A stretch of DNA of 64,000 bases from an uncultured Spirochaetota bacterium. Lineage in GTDB: Bacteria > Spirochaetota > Spirochaetia > SZUA-6 > Fen-1364. This document shows positions 40,700 to 50,600 of this stretch, in pieces. Within the stretch, counting starts at the first letter, position 1. Each line of letters opens with the position of its first letter. Position numbers and translations under genes: made by a program. The stretch is taken from the NCBI GenBank assembly GCA_963734545.1, contig CAVTHO010000009.1, forward strand, positions 1-64,000, in the 5' to 3' direction. The notes beneath the pieces are model-generated. The model was not told where the DNA came from. It did not search any database and was given only the letters and a program-made list of their open reading frames with translations.

Positions 40700-41110
40700 A
40701 TGAAAATACGAAAAATACTGCCCTTGCTGCTGCTGGCATTCGGCTCGGTATTCCTGCTGTCGAGCTGCGACGCACTGCTGGACGCAATATTCTCCAACAA
40801 CAACATCAACGTGTATGTTTCGTCATATATACCGAACCGCGGCTTTTACCCGGGATATGACACCATGACCGTCGTTCTGACCGGACCTTACTCGGCATCC
40901 GTGTCGACCCGCTATGAAGGAGACGATGGTCTTTACATGTACTGGTCGATCTCGATCCCGAAGCTTGCCGACGGCAGCTACAGCGTATATGTAGTCTACA
41001 ATCACCCGTATGGAATAAACACCGGGACCTGGTTTTCTTCTACCGATTTCATTTCCTTCCCCATGAGCTCCGGCAGTCCTCACAACGTGAACTTGAGCTT
41101 CGATTTCTAA
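40700..41110 (+). CDS. Lipoprotein, hypothetical
   Basis: RBS GGAGG and lipobox LLSS|C; Tyr/Ser-rich beta domain; visibly lower GC than its neighbours. Confidence 0.75.
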   Translation: MKIRKILPLLLLAFGSVFLLSSCDALLDAIFSNNNINVYVSSYIPNRGFYPGYDTMTVVLTGPYSASVSTRYEGDDGLYMYWSISIPKLADGSYSVYVVYNHPYGINTGTWFSSTDFISFPMSSGSPHNVNLSFDF

Positions 41111-41137
41111 GATTCTCTTTCCGAAGGCTGTATGAGC

Positions 41138-41165
41138 AGCGCCCCTTCACGGGGCGCTTTTTTTT
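41138..41165 (+). terminator. Rho-independent terminator
   Basis: AGCGCCCC-TTCAC-GGGGCGCT followed by TTTTTTT. Confidence 0.9.
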
Positions 41166-42549
41166 ATCCTTCCGCCGGGTCAGCGGCCGGCACATCCTCG
41201 TCTGCGATGGGAAATGCCAGCCTGAATATGCTTCCCCCCTCGATCGGCTCATATTCGAGACTTCCTTCGTTCTGAAGGGCGAGGCTCCGGGAAAGGGAAA
41301 GCCCGAGACCCGTGCTGCCGGTGCGTGTCCAGGAAGGGGTGAACAGCCGGTGAGCCGCTTCGGGGGGGACCCCGCCCGCCCTGTCTTTGACCTCGAGCAC
41401 CGCCATCTCTTCCTGCCGGCGGGCAGTAACGGAAATCACACGTTTGCCATCTGCCGGGCCCGTGCGGTAAACCTCCGCCGCATTACGCACGAGGTTCAGA
41501 AGCGCGTGCTCCACCTCGTCCATGCGGCACCGAAAGCGAATTCCGGGAGCCAGGTCAGCTTCTATCAGAATTCCGTCGCCGCGAAAGGCGGCTCTGACCA
41601 TCCGGAAGAACCCTGCCAGATCCCGGGCAGCGTCGATCACCCGCGGCTTCTCCCTCCCGTCCCGGGAGAGGCTTTCCAGCAGGCCTATCGTCGCATCTCT
41701 GCCTGCCTCCGCATGCTGCAGGAGCAGACGAAGGCATTCGTCCTTTGCCTCCGTATCACCCTGCCGCAGGCCGTGTGCCGCCGTGAGCCTGACGTGGGAG
41801 AGTATGTTCTTGAACTCGTGCGCGGCTCCTGCAGCCAGCAGACCAGAGGCCATGAGCCGGTTCTGCCGCGCAAGCGCGTTCTCCTTTTCCAGCAGTCTCG
41901 CGAAGACCTCCTCCGTGAGCCGGTCCCTGGCCTCCAGCCCGCTCAGGCTGTCCCCCCAGCCTGCGTGGAGCGGGTATCCCTCGTGGAAGACGAGCAGGCT
42001 CGTGGCGGCGGCCAGGAGAAGAGCCGGTATCGATCCGGGAAACGATGGAGGCAATCCAAGAAAGCCCCAGGCACGGCTGCCGATTCCGACCACAAGCCAG
42101 GCGCAGCAGCACAGGAAAGTGATCAGGGCAAGGTTCGAGCGCGAAACCTGCCAGAATCGGAGCAGATCCCCCAGTGCAAGGCCGGACAGAAGAACCGTAC
42201 CGGATGCGTAAAAGGCGAGGTAGGGAACACTGTCGTGATAGCCAAGGAGCCCTGCAAGGAGCAGTGCAAGCAGGAAACCCGCGCTGACGCTGTTCCCCAG
42301 CGCAAGGCTCCTCCTGCCGGCCGCCGTGCGCAGAAAAGCGCCTCCTGCCCAGAGAGGGAGCACGAGAGTCGGGTCCCGAAGAATTGTTCCGGAGGGGATG
42401 AGCAGCCAAAGCGCAATGGAAAGAAGAAATGCGGCAAGCATCAGCGGCAGGTCACGGCGAATGCAGGAACGGGTGCGAATGAGAACGAGAGCCGACTGGG
42501 TGAGAAAAAGAGTGACCGCCGGGATCAGAAAGAACTCAACATTCTGCAT
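41164..42549 (-). CDS. Membrane-bound sensor histidine kinase
   Basis: About 7 TM helices, H-box AAHEFKNIL, N-box LLNLVRNA, DRAGG and GSTGLGL. Confidence 0.88.
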   Translation of the reverse strand: MQNVEFFLIPAVTLFLTQSALVLIRTRSCIRRDLPLMLAAFLLSIALWLLIPSGTILRDPTLVLPLWAGGAFLRTAAGRRSLALGNSVSAGFLLALLLAGLLGYHDSVPYLAFYASGTVLLSGLALGDLLRFWQVSRSNLALITFLCCCAWLVVGIGSRAWGFLGLPPSFPGSIPALLLAAATSLLVFHEGYPLHAGWGDSLSGLEARDRLTEEVFARLLEKENALARQNRLMASGLLAAGAAHEFKNILSHVRLTAAHGLRQGDTEAKDECLRLLLQHAEAGRDATIGLLESLSRDGREKPRVIDAARDLAGFFRMVRAAFRGDGILIEADLAPGIRFRCRMDEVEHALLNLVRNAAEVYRTGPADGKRVISVTARRQEEMAVLEVKDRAGGVPPEAAHRLFTPSWTRTGSTGLGLSLSRSLALQNEGSLEYEPIEGGSIFRLAFPIADEDVPAADPAEG

Positions 42550-42621
42550 CCTCGAATCGTAGCGCGCGCTTTCCGTGTTGTCGAGGGTGCGACTCCTCCG
42601 AATACTCGGGCGGCGCCGCGG

Positions 42622-42667
42622 AAAAAAAGCGGGAAAGGTAAAAAGGAGGGAAAAACCCCTTTCCCGC
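42622..42667 (-). terminator. Probable intrinsic terminator after the Spy-like gene
   Basis: 10-bp stem GCGGGAAAGG/CCTTTCCCGC followed by T7 on the minus strand. Confidence 0.6.
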
Positions 42668-42685
42668 CGGAAACAAAGTCTACAT

Positions 42686-43207
42686 TCAGTTGCTCGAGAT
42701 GGAGTCCGCCTCCTCGGCACGCACGCCGTAGTCTGACATGGCTCCTCGAGAGAATTTTCCGTGATCCATCATGCGCCGCGTTTCGATCCCTGCCCCCGGA
42801 CGCATCGCACCAATGTACCCGGCGGATCTCTCGCGCCGGATATACCTCGTATAAGCGCGGAAGTTGTCGTCCCCCATGATCTGCCTCAGCTGGACCCGCG
42901 CCGCCACCAGCGCCTTCTGCATGTCCACCCGGACCTGCCCCATCTGCGTGATGAGTGTGTTGACGTTCTGCATGTCGACGGTCGAAGGCAGAAGGGCCTT
43001 GTCGAGCTGCGCCCTCAGCAGCCGGAGCTGAACCGCATTTGCACGGACGCCGGACCGGGTCTTGCCTTGTATATCCATGACCTGGGAGACCTGGGCGTCG
43101 GTCAGACCGAGCTGTTTGAGCATCTTCGCTTCCGGCCCCTGCGCGGACTGCGCGAATCCGGCCATCGGCAGAACAAGGGCGAAAAAGACGGGTAAAAGTC
43201 GCTTCAT
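42686..43207 (-). CDS. Spy/CpxP/ZraP-like periplasmic protein
   Basis: Signal peptide, the LGLTDAQ (LTxxQ) motif and a helical hairpin. Confidence 0.75.
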   Translation of the reverse strand: MKRLLPVFFALVLPMAGFAQSAQGPEAKMLKQLGLTDAQVSQVMDIQGKTRSGVRANAVQLRLLRAQLDKALLPSTVDMQNVNTLITQMGQVRVDMQKALVAARVQLRQIMGDDNFRAYTRYIRRERSAGYIGAMRPGAGIETRRMMDHGKFSRGAMSDYGVRAEEADSISSN

Positions 43208-43338
43208 GAGAGCACCTCCGCTTCTCTGTTGCGATACTAATTGCCCGGGAGCAGGGATTCCATAAACGGATGATAAAGGGGGGAGAACTTTATGTTATTG
43301 CGCGGCGTGGCGTGGTATCCTGACGGGGAGGGCCGTGA

Positions 43339-43641
43339 ATGTACACCGCGACAATGCTGTACCACTTCAAGGACGACTCTTTCGAGGCTGCCTGCGAGAT
43401 CTGGAAGAGCCGGGTCATGGATCACGCGAAGAGCCAGCCGGGCTTCATCAGGATGCAATTCCTCACCGCACGGCCTCAGGCTCTGGCCATCGGCACATGG
43501 GCGGCGAATGCCGATGCCCGACAATTCATGGAGACGGGAGTCTTCAGACAGCTCATGGCCCAGCTCCAGAATCACGTGACACGCCAGCCCGAGCAGACGG
43601 TCTGGGACCTGCGCTACTTCGCGGAGAAAGAGGGGCGCTGA
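43339..43641 (+). CDS. Antibiotic biosynthesis monooxygenase-like (ABM) small protein
   Basis: 100 aa with QPGFIRMQFL..IGTW; RBS GGAGG. Confidence 0.65.
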   Translation: MYTATMLYHFKDDSFEAACEIWKSRVMDHAKSQPGFIRMQFLTARPQALAIGTWAANADARQFMETGVFRQLMAQLQNHVTRQPEQTVWDLRYFAEKEGR

Positions 43642-43679
43642 GACCGAAACCTGCCTGGTGGCGCGGGAAGGGGACCGTC

Positions 43680-44813
43680 TTACTGCTTCAACTCGGACAG
43701 GGGGATGGGGCGGGGGCTCGTATCCTCGCCGCTCACGCTCGCGAGCTCCTTGAGAAGCTCTTTGGCCTTGGGTGTGATCTTGGTGGGAACCCTCACGACG
43801 ATCTTGATGTACATGTCTCCGCGCTTGCCGGGGTTGTGCAGCTCGGGTATGCCTTCCCCGCGAAGACGGAGAATGCGGCCGTTCTGCGTCCCGGAGGGAA
43901 TGGTCACCCGGACCGTCTTGTCGTCCAGCGTGGGCACGGCTATGTCCGCGCCCAGCGCGGCCTGGGTGATGGAGATGGGAACCGCGCAGTAGATGTCCCT
44001 GCCGTCCCGCTCGAAGGACTCGTGCGGCTGCACCCTGAGGAATACGTACAGGTCCCCGTCCTGGGAGCCGTTGACGCCGGCGTCTCCCTGGCCGGCAACG
44101 CTCAGGCGCTTGCCGTCCTCTATGCCCGCCGGGATGGAGATCGTGAGGGTGCGGGTGCGTCGGACCGTGCCGGCGCCCCGGCATTCCGCGCAGGGCTTTT
44201 CGATGATTTCCCCTTCCCCATTGCAGCTGGGGCAGGTCGAGGCGATGGAGAAAAAGCCCGAATTTCTGCGCACCTGCCCCGAGCCGCCGCAGGTGGGACA
44301 GAGCTTTCTGCCGCTGCCCTTGTCCGCGCCGGTGCCCCGGCAGACTTCGCAGCGCTCCGCCCGCGGGTAGGAGACCTCCTTCTTGGCCCCGAAGGCGGCC
44401 TCGAGAAAGGTGATCTCCATGTCATAGCGGAGGTCGGAGCCGCGCTGGCCGCCGCTGCGCCCCGAAGAGCGGCGCCGCGAGCTTCCGCCTCCGAAGAAGG
44501 AGTCGAATATCCCGCTCACGTCGCCGAAGATGTCCTCGAAACCCTGGAAGATCGAGGAGAAGTCCTGCGCCGTCGGCTGGCCCATGCCGCGCAGGCCCGC
44601 GAAGCCGTACTGGTCGTACGCCTGGCGTTTGCGGTCATCCGCGAGGATTTCGTATGCCTCGGTGGCCTCCTTGAACTTTTCTTCGGAGTCCTTGTTTTCC
44701 GGGTTCCTGTCGGGATGGTGCTTGATGGCGAGCTGCCGGTAAGCCTTCTTTATCTCTTCCCGTGATGCGTTCTTCTGCACGCCCAGGATCTCGTAAAAAT
44801 CGCGTTTCGCCAT
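43680..44813 (-). CDS. dnaJ: Chaperone DnaJ
   Basis: J-domain HPD and four CxxCxGxG repeats. Confidence 0.98.
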   Translation of the reverse strand: MAKRDFYEILGVQKNASREEIKKAYRQLAIKHHPDRNPENKDSEEKFKEATEAYEILADDRKRQAYDQYGFAGLRGMGQPTAQDFSSIFQGFEDIFGDVSGIFDSFFGGGSSRRRSSGRSGGQRGSDLRYDMEITFLEAAFGAKKEVSYPRAERCEVCRGTGADKGSGRKLCPTCGGSGQVRRNSGFFSIASTCPSCNGEGEIIEKPCAECRGAGTVRRTRTLTISIPAGIEDGKRLSVAGQGDAGVNGSQDGDLYVFLRVQPHESFERDGRDIYCAVPISITQAALGADIAVPTLDDKTVRVTIPSGTQNGRILRLRGEGIPELHNPGKRGDMYIKIVVRVPTKITPKAKELLKELASVSGEDTSPRPIPLSELKQ

Positions 44814-44816
44814 GCC

Positions 44817-46748
44817 TTATTTTTTCTTCTTCCCGTCGTCTACCACCTCGTAGTCGACGTCTTCCGCGGCTTTCTTCTGGTCCCGCCGTGCCCTGTGCGC
44901 GCCGGCGTCGCCGTTTCCCGAGGTCCCGGCACCGGACGGCGAGCGCGCAGATGCTTCCTTGTAGACCTCTTCCGCGAGGCGGTACGCAGCCTTCGTGAGG
45001 GCGTCTGTCCTGCCCTTGATGAGGGAAATGTCTCCCGCGTCAAGCGCAGCGCGCAGCTCGGCGGCTGCCGCCTCTATCTCTTTCCTGTCCGCAGGGCTGA
45101 CCTTGTCTCCGAGCTCCCGAAGCGACTTTTCCGTGGAGTACAGCAGGGTATCCGCCTCGTTGCGCGTTTCCGCCCGCTCGCGCTCGATCCTGTCCTCCGT
45201 GGCGTGGGATTCCGCTTCCTTGACCATCCTCTTGATCTCGTCCTCCGAAAGCCCCGACGAGCTTTCTATGCGGATCTTCTGTTCCTTGCCGGTCCCCAGG
45301 TCCTTGGCGGATACGTGCACGATGCCGTTCGCGTCTATGTCGAACGTGACCTCGATCTGAGGAATGCCGCGAGGGGCGGGGGGAATACCGACGAGGTCGA
45401 ACCTGCCGAGCGTCCTGTTCTGGCTCGCCATCTCCCGCTCCCCCTGGAGCACGTGAATGGAAACCGCGGTCTGGCTGTCGGAGGCCGTGGAGAAAGTCTG
45501 ACCCTTGCGCGTGGGAATGGTCGTGTTGCGGTCGATCAGCTTCGTGAACACCCCTCCGAGAGTCTCGATGCCGAGCGAGAGCGGAGTGACGTCCAGGAGG
45601 AGCACGTCTTTGACGTCGCCGCCGAGGATGCCCCCCTGGATGGAGGCGCCGACGGCCACCACCTCGTCGGGATTGACCCCCTTGCTGCCTTCCTTGCCGA
45701 AGATATCCTTCACGAGTGACTGAATGGCGGGAATCCGGGTGGAGCCGCCCACGAGGATCACGTGGTCGATGTCCTGGGGCTTGAGCCCTGCGTCGCGCAA
45801 TGCCTGCATGCAGGGCTCACGTGTCTTTTCGAACAGCGAGTCGAGAAGCTGCTCCAGCTTTGCGCGCGTGAGCGTGTAGTTCAGGTGCCGCGGGCCTGAC
45901 TGGTCCGCGGTGATGAACGGAAGGTTCAGAGAGGTGCTCTGCGCGCTGGAGAGCTCGATCTTGGCCTTTTCCGCGGCTTCCTTGAGCCTCTGGAGCGCCA
46001 TCCTGTCCCGGGACAGGTCGATTCCATTCTCCTTCTTGAACTCGAAAACCACCCAATCGATGATGCGCTGGTCGAAGTCGTCCCCGCCGAGGTGCGTGTC
46101 TCCATTGGTGGACTTCACCTCGAACACTCCGTCTCCCAGCTCGAGTATGGAGATATCGAATGTGCCGCCGCCAAGGTCATAGACGGCGATGGTTTCCTCG
46201 CGTCCCCCCTTGTCCAGCCCATAGGCGAGAGCGGCCGCCGTCGGCTCGTTGACGATCCTTTTCACCTCCAGGCCCGCGATCCGGCCGGCGTCTTTTGTCG
46301 CCTGCCGCTGGGCGTCATTGAAGTAGGCAGGCACCGTGATCACCGCCTCGGTGAGGGGCTCTCCCAGGAAGTCCTCGGCGGTCTTCTTCATCTTTTGCAG
46401 TACGGCGGCGGAGATCTCGGGCGGCGAATAGCGGGTGCCCCTGATCTCCACGCGGAGGTCATTGCCGGCATCGGTGACGGCAAACGGCACCCTGCGGACC
46501 TCCTCCCGCACCTCGTCGATCCTGCGTCCCATGAAGCGCTTGATCGAGTACACGGTATTCTCGGGATTGGTGATCATTTGATTCTTGGCCGGCTGGCCTA
46601 CCAGTCGCTCACCATTGTCGGTGAAGGCGACAATGGAGGGAGTGGTGCGCTGCCCTTCCGAGTTCGGAATGACCACGGGCTGGCCGCCTTCCATGATGGC
46701 CACGCAGGAGTTCGTTGTCCCGAGATCTATCCCTATGATCTTGCCCAT
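44817..46748 (-). CDS. dnaK: Chaperone DnaK
   Basis: [17 protein letters not shown] and [10 protein letters not shown]. Confidence 0.99.
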   Translation of the reverse strand: MGKIIGIDLGTTNSCVAIMEGGQPVVIPNSEGQRTTPSIVAFTDNGERLVGQPAKNQMITNPENTVYSIKRFMGRRIDEVREEVRRVPFAVTDAGNDLRVEIRGTRYSPPEISAAVLQKMKKTAEDFLGEPLTEAVITVPAYFNDAQRQATKDAGRIAGLEVKRIVNEPTAAALAYGLDKGGREETIAVYDLGGGTFDISILELGDGVFEVKSTNGDTHLGGDDFDQRIIDWVVFEFKKENGIDLSRDRMALQRLKEAAEKAKIELSSAQSTSLNLPFITADQSGPRHLNYTLTRAKLEQLLDSLFEKTREPCMQALRDAGLKPQDIDHVILVGGSTRIPAIQSLVKDIFGKEGSKGVNPDEVVAVGASIQGGILGGDVKDVLLLDVTPLSLGIETLGGVFTKLIDRNTTIPTRKGQTFSTASDSQTAVSIHVLQGEREMASQNRTLGRFDLVGIPPAPRGIPQIEVTFDIDANGIVHVSAKDLGTGKEQKIRIESSSGLSEDEIKRMVKEAESHATEDRIERERAETRNEADTLLYSTEKSLRELGDKVSPADRKEIEAAAAELRAALDAGDISLIKGRTDALTKAAYRLAEEVYKEASARSPSGAGTSGNGDAGAHRARRDQKKAAEDVDYEVVDDGKKKK

Positions 46749-46751
46749 ATC

Positions 46752-47525
46752 TCAGTTGCCCTTGCCGACCGGTTCATCCTGCCCTTCCTTCGGTCTGTCG
46801 CCGCCCCCGTCCTGTTTCACGCCGGGGGACGCTTTCGCGCCTGGCGGCATGGCCCCCGCAGGCGGCATTTTCGGTCCCGGGGGGGCCTGCACAGCCGGCA
46901 CGGTTGCAGGCACCATTACCTTCACCCGCGCAGGCCGCAGCACGCGCTCGTGAAGGTAGTAGCCCTTCTGATAGTCTTCCGCCACGGTGGGCTTGGCGTC
47001 CGACGGTCCTTCCACGCGCAGCACTGCCTCGTGCTTGTTCGGATCGAAGGTCTCTCCCACCGAGGTGAAACGCTTGAGCCCCCAGCGGCTTTCCAACATC
47101 TCCACGAGCTGCTTCTCGATCATGGTGACGCCCTGAAGGAAAGAGGGGAAGTCACGCGACTCCTCCGCTGACTTGATTGCCCGCTCGAAGTCGTCGATCA
47201 GACCTATGACATCCGTCAGGAGAGAGGCGTTGGCATAGCGCGCGGCGTCCTCGCGTTCGCGGATCATCCTCTTGCGGAAATTCTCGAAGTCCGCCTGCTT
47301 CCTCAACAGCCTGTCTTTCAGCTCTGCCGTTTCGCTCTCCAACGCGCTGATTCGATCCTGCTCACTCACGCAGGACGCCTCTGCGGACGCGCCTGTCCCC
47401 GACGGGCCGCCCGACGCGGCGAACTCGCTCTTCTGGGGGATTTCGCTCTTTTGCGCCTGAGGCTCGGCAGCATGGGCATTCTGCGCCCCTCCCGAGACCT
47501 CTTCCTGGTCCTTCTTCTTCGACAT
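46752..47525 (-). CDS. grpE: Nucleotide exchange factor GrpE
   Basis: ADFENFRKR, FDPNKHEA and QKGYYLHERVLRPARVKV. Confidence 0.96.
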   Translation of the reverse strand: MSKKKDQEEVSGGAQNAHAAEPQAQKSEIPQKSEFAASGGPSGTGASAEASCVSEQDRISALESETAELKDRLLRKQADFENFRKRMIREREDAARYANASLLTDVIGLIDDFERAIKSAEESRDFPSFLQGVTMIEKQLVEMLESRWGLKRFTSVGETFDPNKHEAVLRVEGPSDAKPTVAEDYQKGYYLHERVLRPARVKVMVPATVPAVQAPPGPKMPPAGAMPPGAKASPGVKQDGGGDRPKEGQDEPVGKGN

Positions 47526-47625
47526 CAGTACCGCCTGGAGAGAAATGGTTTATAGTAAAGGTAACAGCTTGCTTCGCGTCAGGTCAAGCATTTTCTCAAC
47601 CGCGGCGCGAAGCTCTGTCGGGTCG

Positions 47626-50600
47626 CTATACCTTCGGTGCAAGCTCCAGTATGAGCTCTACCTCTCCTCTGCTGAGCTGGGTGACGCGCGAGATCTCCTG
47701 CACCGACCAGCCCTGGTGGGAAAGCTTGACGACCGTCTCCCGCTTGTCGAGAGGAGGAGCGCCGCGCTCGCCCTTTTCCTTCTTGGTTTCCGCCTTCATG
47801 ATGCTCTCGAGCAGCCGTACCTGCTCCTGTGCCTGCCTGCCGATCTCCTCGAACCTGGTTTCCGTGCGCGCCATCCATTCACGCGAGCTCTGCGCCTTCT
47901 CCAGGCGGCTCTCCAGCTCTTCGATGACTCCGCTGAGCTTCCCGACGGTCTGCATGGCGGTGTCCGCGTCTTTCTTGTTGGCGGCGAGCATCTCGTATTC
48001 GCCGCGCAGAGACGAGACCTTTGCCGCCAGCTCATCTGCCGTCCGGTCCGCCTCCCCCAGTGACTTCTCGATGTTCTCAAGACGCTGGAAGTTCCTGTCC
48101 ACGCCTTCCGATGTCACCGACAGTATTTCCTTCTTCTTCTCCAGTCTTTCGAACCCGCCCTCCACGGACTTGCCCATTTCCTCGAACTGCCGGATCTTGG
48201 CCTGGATCTGCTGGAGCGCGTCATTGCTGGACGACAGCGTATCCAGCTTGAGATCCACGTCCTTCGAGACCGCGATGATCTTCTTGAAGTCCCCGTCCAT
48301 CTCCTCGATTCGTCGTCTCTCGGCAAGGAACCGCGTGAGCTTCGTGGAGACCTCGTCGGCGACCTTCTTCGTCTTGGAAAGCTGGACCTCGATCTCGGAG
48401 AACTCCGCCCGGTCGGCGTTCAGCTTCGCCACTTCCTTCTTCATCTCGTCGATGCTGACTTCCAGGGCGGCCTTCAGAGTGTCCGCCCGCTCGAAGAGGC
48501 GCGTCTGGGAGGTGAAGCTCTTGACCCGCTTGTCGATCTCCACGAGGTTCGTCGAGAGCAGCTGGTAGCTTTCCTCGATCCGCCCGAAGAGTTTCTCCTG
48601 CATGGCATCGGCTTTTTCCTTGGTATCCACCAGGAGCTGCTTCTGTTCCTTGATTCTTCCCTCGACCTCGGTCTGCACCTCGCGCACCCGTTTCTGGCTG
48701 TCGAGCTGGAACCCATCCATCTGGGTCCGCAGCGCCTCCATTGCGGCTTCCGTCGTCTTCTTCAGATCCGCTTCGAACGAGGAGATGGTCTCTCCCATCT
48801 GGGCGAGCTCCTTCCGCAGGCCGATGCGCTCTTCGTTCGTGGACACCAGCAAGTCCTCTTTCTGCGCGGCGAACGCGTCCCTGATCGCGCCGACGGATGA
48901 TGCTGCCTCCGCAGAGAGGGAGGAAATCTTTTCCGCTATGGCGAGCTCGGCTTCCGCAAGCTGCTTCTTCGCCCCACCTTCCCAGGCCGCGATCTCGGTC
49001 CGCGAGGTTTCGAAGAGCTCGGTCAGCTCCTTGCGTCCCGCGGTCAGCTCCACGGAGAGCTCCTTGAGCCTCGATTCGATCTCCCGGTGCATCTTCCGGG
49101 TTGCGGCCTCCATCACGTCTTTCACGCCGCCCAGGTCCTTTTCAAAGGACAGGGAGGCGTCTTTCCGCGCCTTCTCGACGTCACCGCGGAGTGTCTCCCG
49201 CAGGGTCTGCACCGCCTCGTCCGCGGCAGCAGTGCGCTCCTTGACGTCGGCTTCGAAGCTCGCCGCGCGCTTCTCCATTTCCACCTGCCAGGCCTGGAAT
49301 TTCTCCTGCGTCATGGTGGACCGGGCGCGCAGGTCCGTGAAGAATTCCTCCTCGAACACGGAGAGCTTCTTCTCCGCGTCCTGGTAGGCGCGGGCTTTCA
49401 GCTCTTCCAGTCCTGCCTCCAGCTCTCCCATGCCCGCCTGGAGCTGCTCGCGCGCAATCGCGGCCCCGGCGATATCCGACTTCCATCCGGCAGCCAGCTC
49501 ATCCGCGAGCCCCTTCATCTCCGCGCGCACGCCCTCCGCCATCTTGTCCATTGTCTGGGAGAGGGATGCCCTCAGGGCATCCACGTCCCGGTTGGCATCC
49601 TCAAGGACCTTCACGCGGTAGTCCACGTCGCCCTGGTAGTCCGCAAGCCGCAGCTCGATCGTCTCGATGCTCTTCGCCAGCGTGGCCTCGTCCCCCTGGA
49701 TCCGTGAGGCAAGATTCGAGAGCCTGCCCGCGTTCTCCTGCTCCGCTTCGGCAAGCTGCGCTTTTGCGCCGTCTTCCCAGGCGGCAATCTCGGCGCGCGA
49801 GGTCTCGAACAGGTCCGCCAGGTCCTTGCGCCCCGCGTTGAGCTCCGCGGACAGCGCCTCGAGACGCGCCTCGATCTCGCGGTGCATCTTCCGCGATTCT
49901 GCCTCCATGGTGTCGCGGACGCTGCCCAGGTTCTTTTCGAATGATTGGGAGGCTTCCTTCCGGGCCCGTTCGATGTCTCCGCTCAGCGCCTCGCGCAGCG
50001 CCATGACCGATTCGCCGGCTGCCGCGGCGCGCGTTTTCACGTCCGCTTCCAGGCTTTCCACGCGCGCTTTGACATCCGCCTCGACGCTCGCCGCGCGCGC
50101 ATTGACGACCGCCTCCAGGCTCGCCGTGCGCTCCTTTACTCCGGCCTCGAAGCCCGCCGCTCGCTTCTCCATCTCCGCCTGCCATGACTGGAACTTTTCC
50201 TGCGTCATGGTGGAGCGGGCGCGCAGGTCGGCGAAGAACTCCTCTTCGAACATCGAGAGCTTCTTCTCCGCGTCCTGGTAGGCGCGCTTCTTCAACGTCT
50301 CCAGCTCCGCCTGGAGCTCTCCCATGCTCGCCTGGAGCTGCTGCCGGGTGGTCTCCGCGCCGGCAACCTCCGACTTCCATCCGTGTGTCAGCTCGGCGGC
50401 GAGCGTATCCGTCAACGCCTTCATTTCGGAGCGAACGGCCGCCCCCATCTTGTCCACCGTCTGCGCAAGCGAGGCGCGCAGGGCATCGACATCCCGATGT
50501 GCCTCGTCCAGGACCTTCATCCGGTAGTCGACGTCGGCCTGGTAGTCCGCCAGCCTCGATTCGACTGTCTCGATACTCTTCGCGAGCGCGGCCTTGTCCG

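Noticed and set aside
47526-47625. CIRCE/HrcA control of grpE-dnaK-dnaJ
   Set aside because: There is no TTAGCACTC-N9-GAGTGCTAA and no hrcA here; only a sigma70-like TTGACC...TGTTACCTT is visible.
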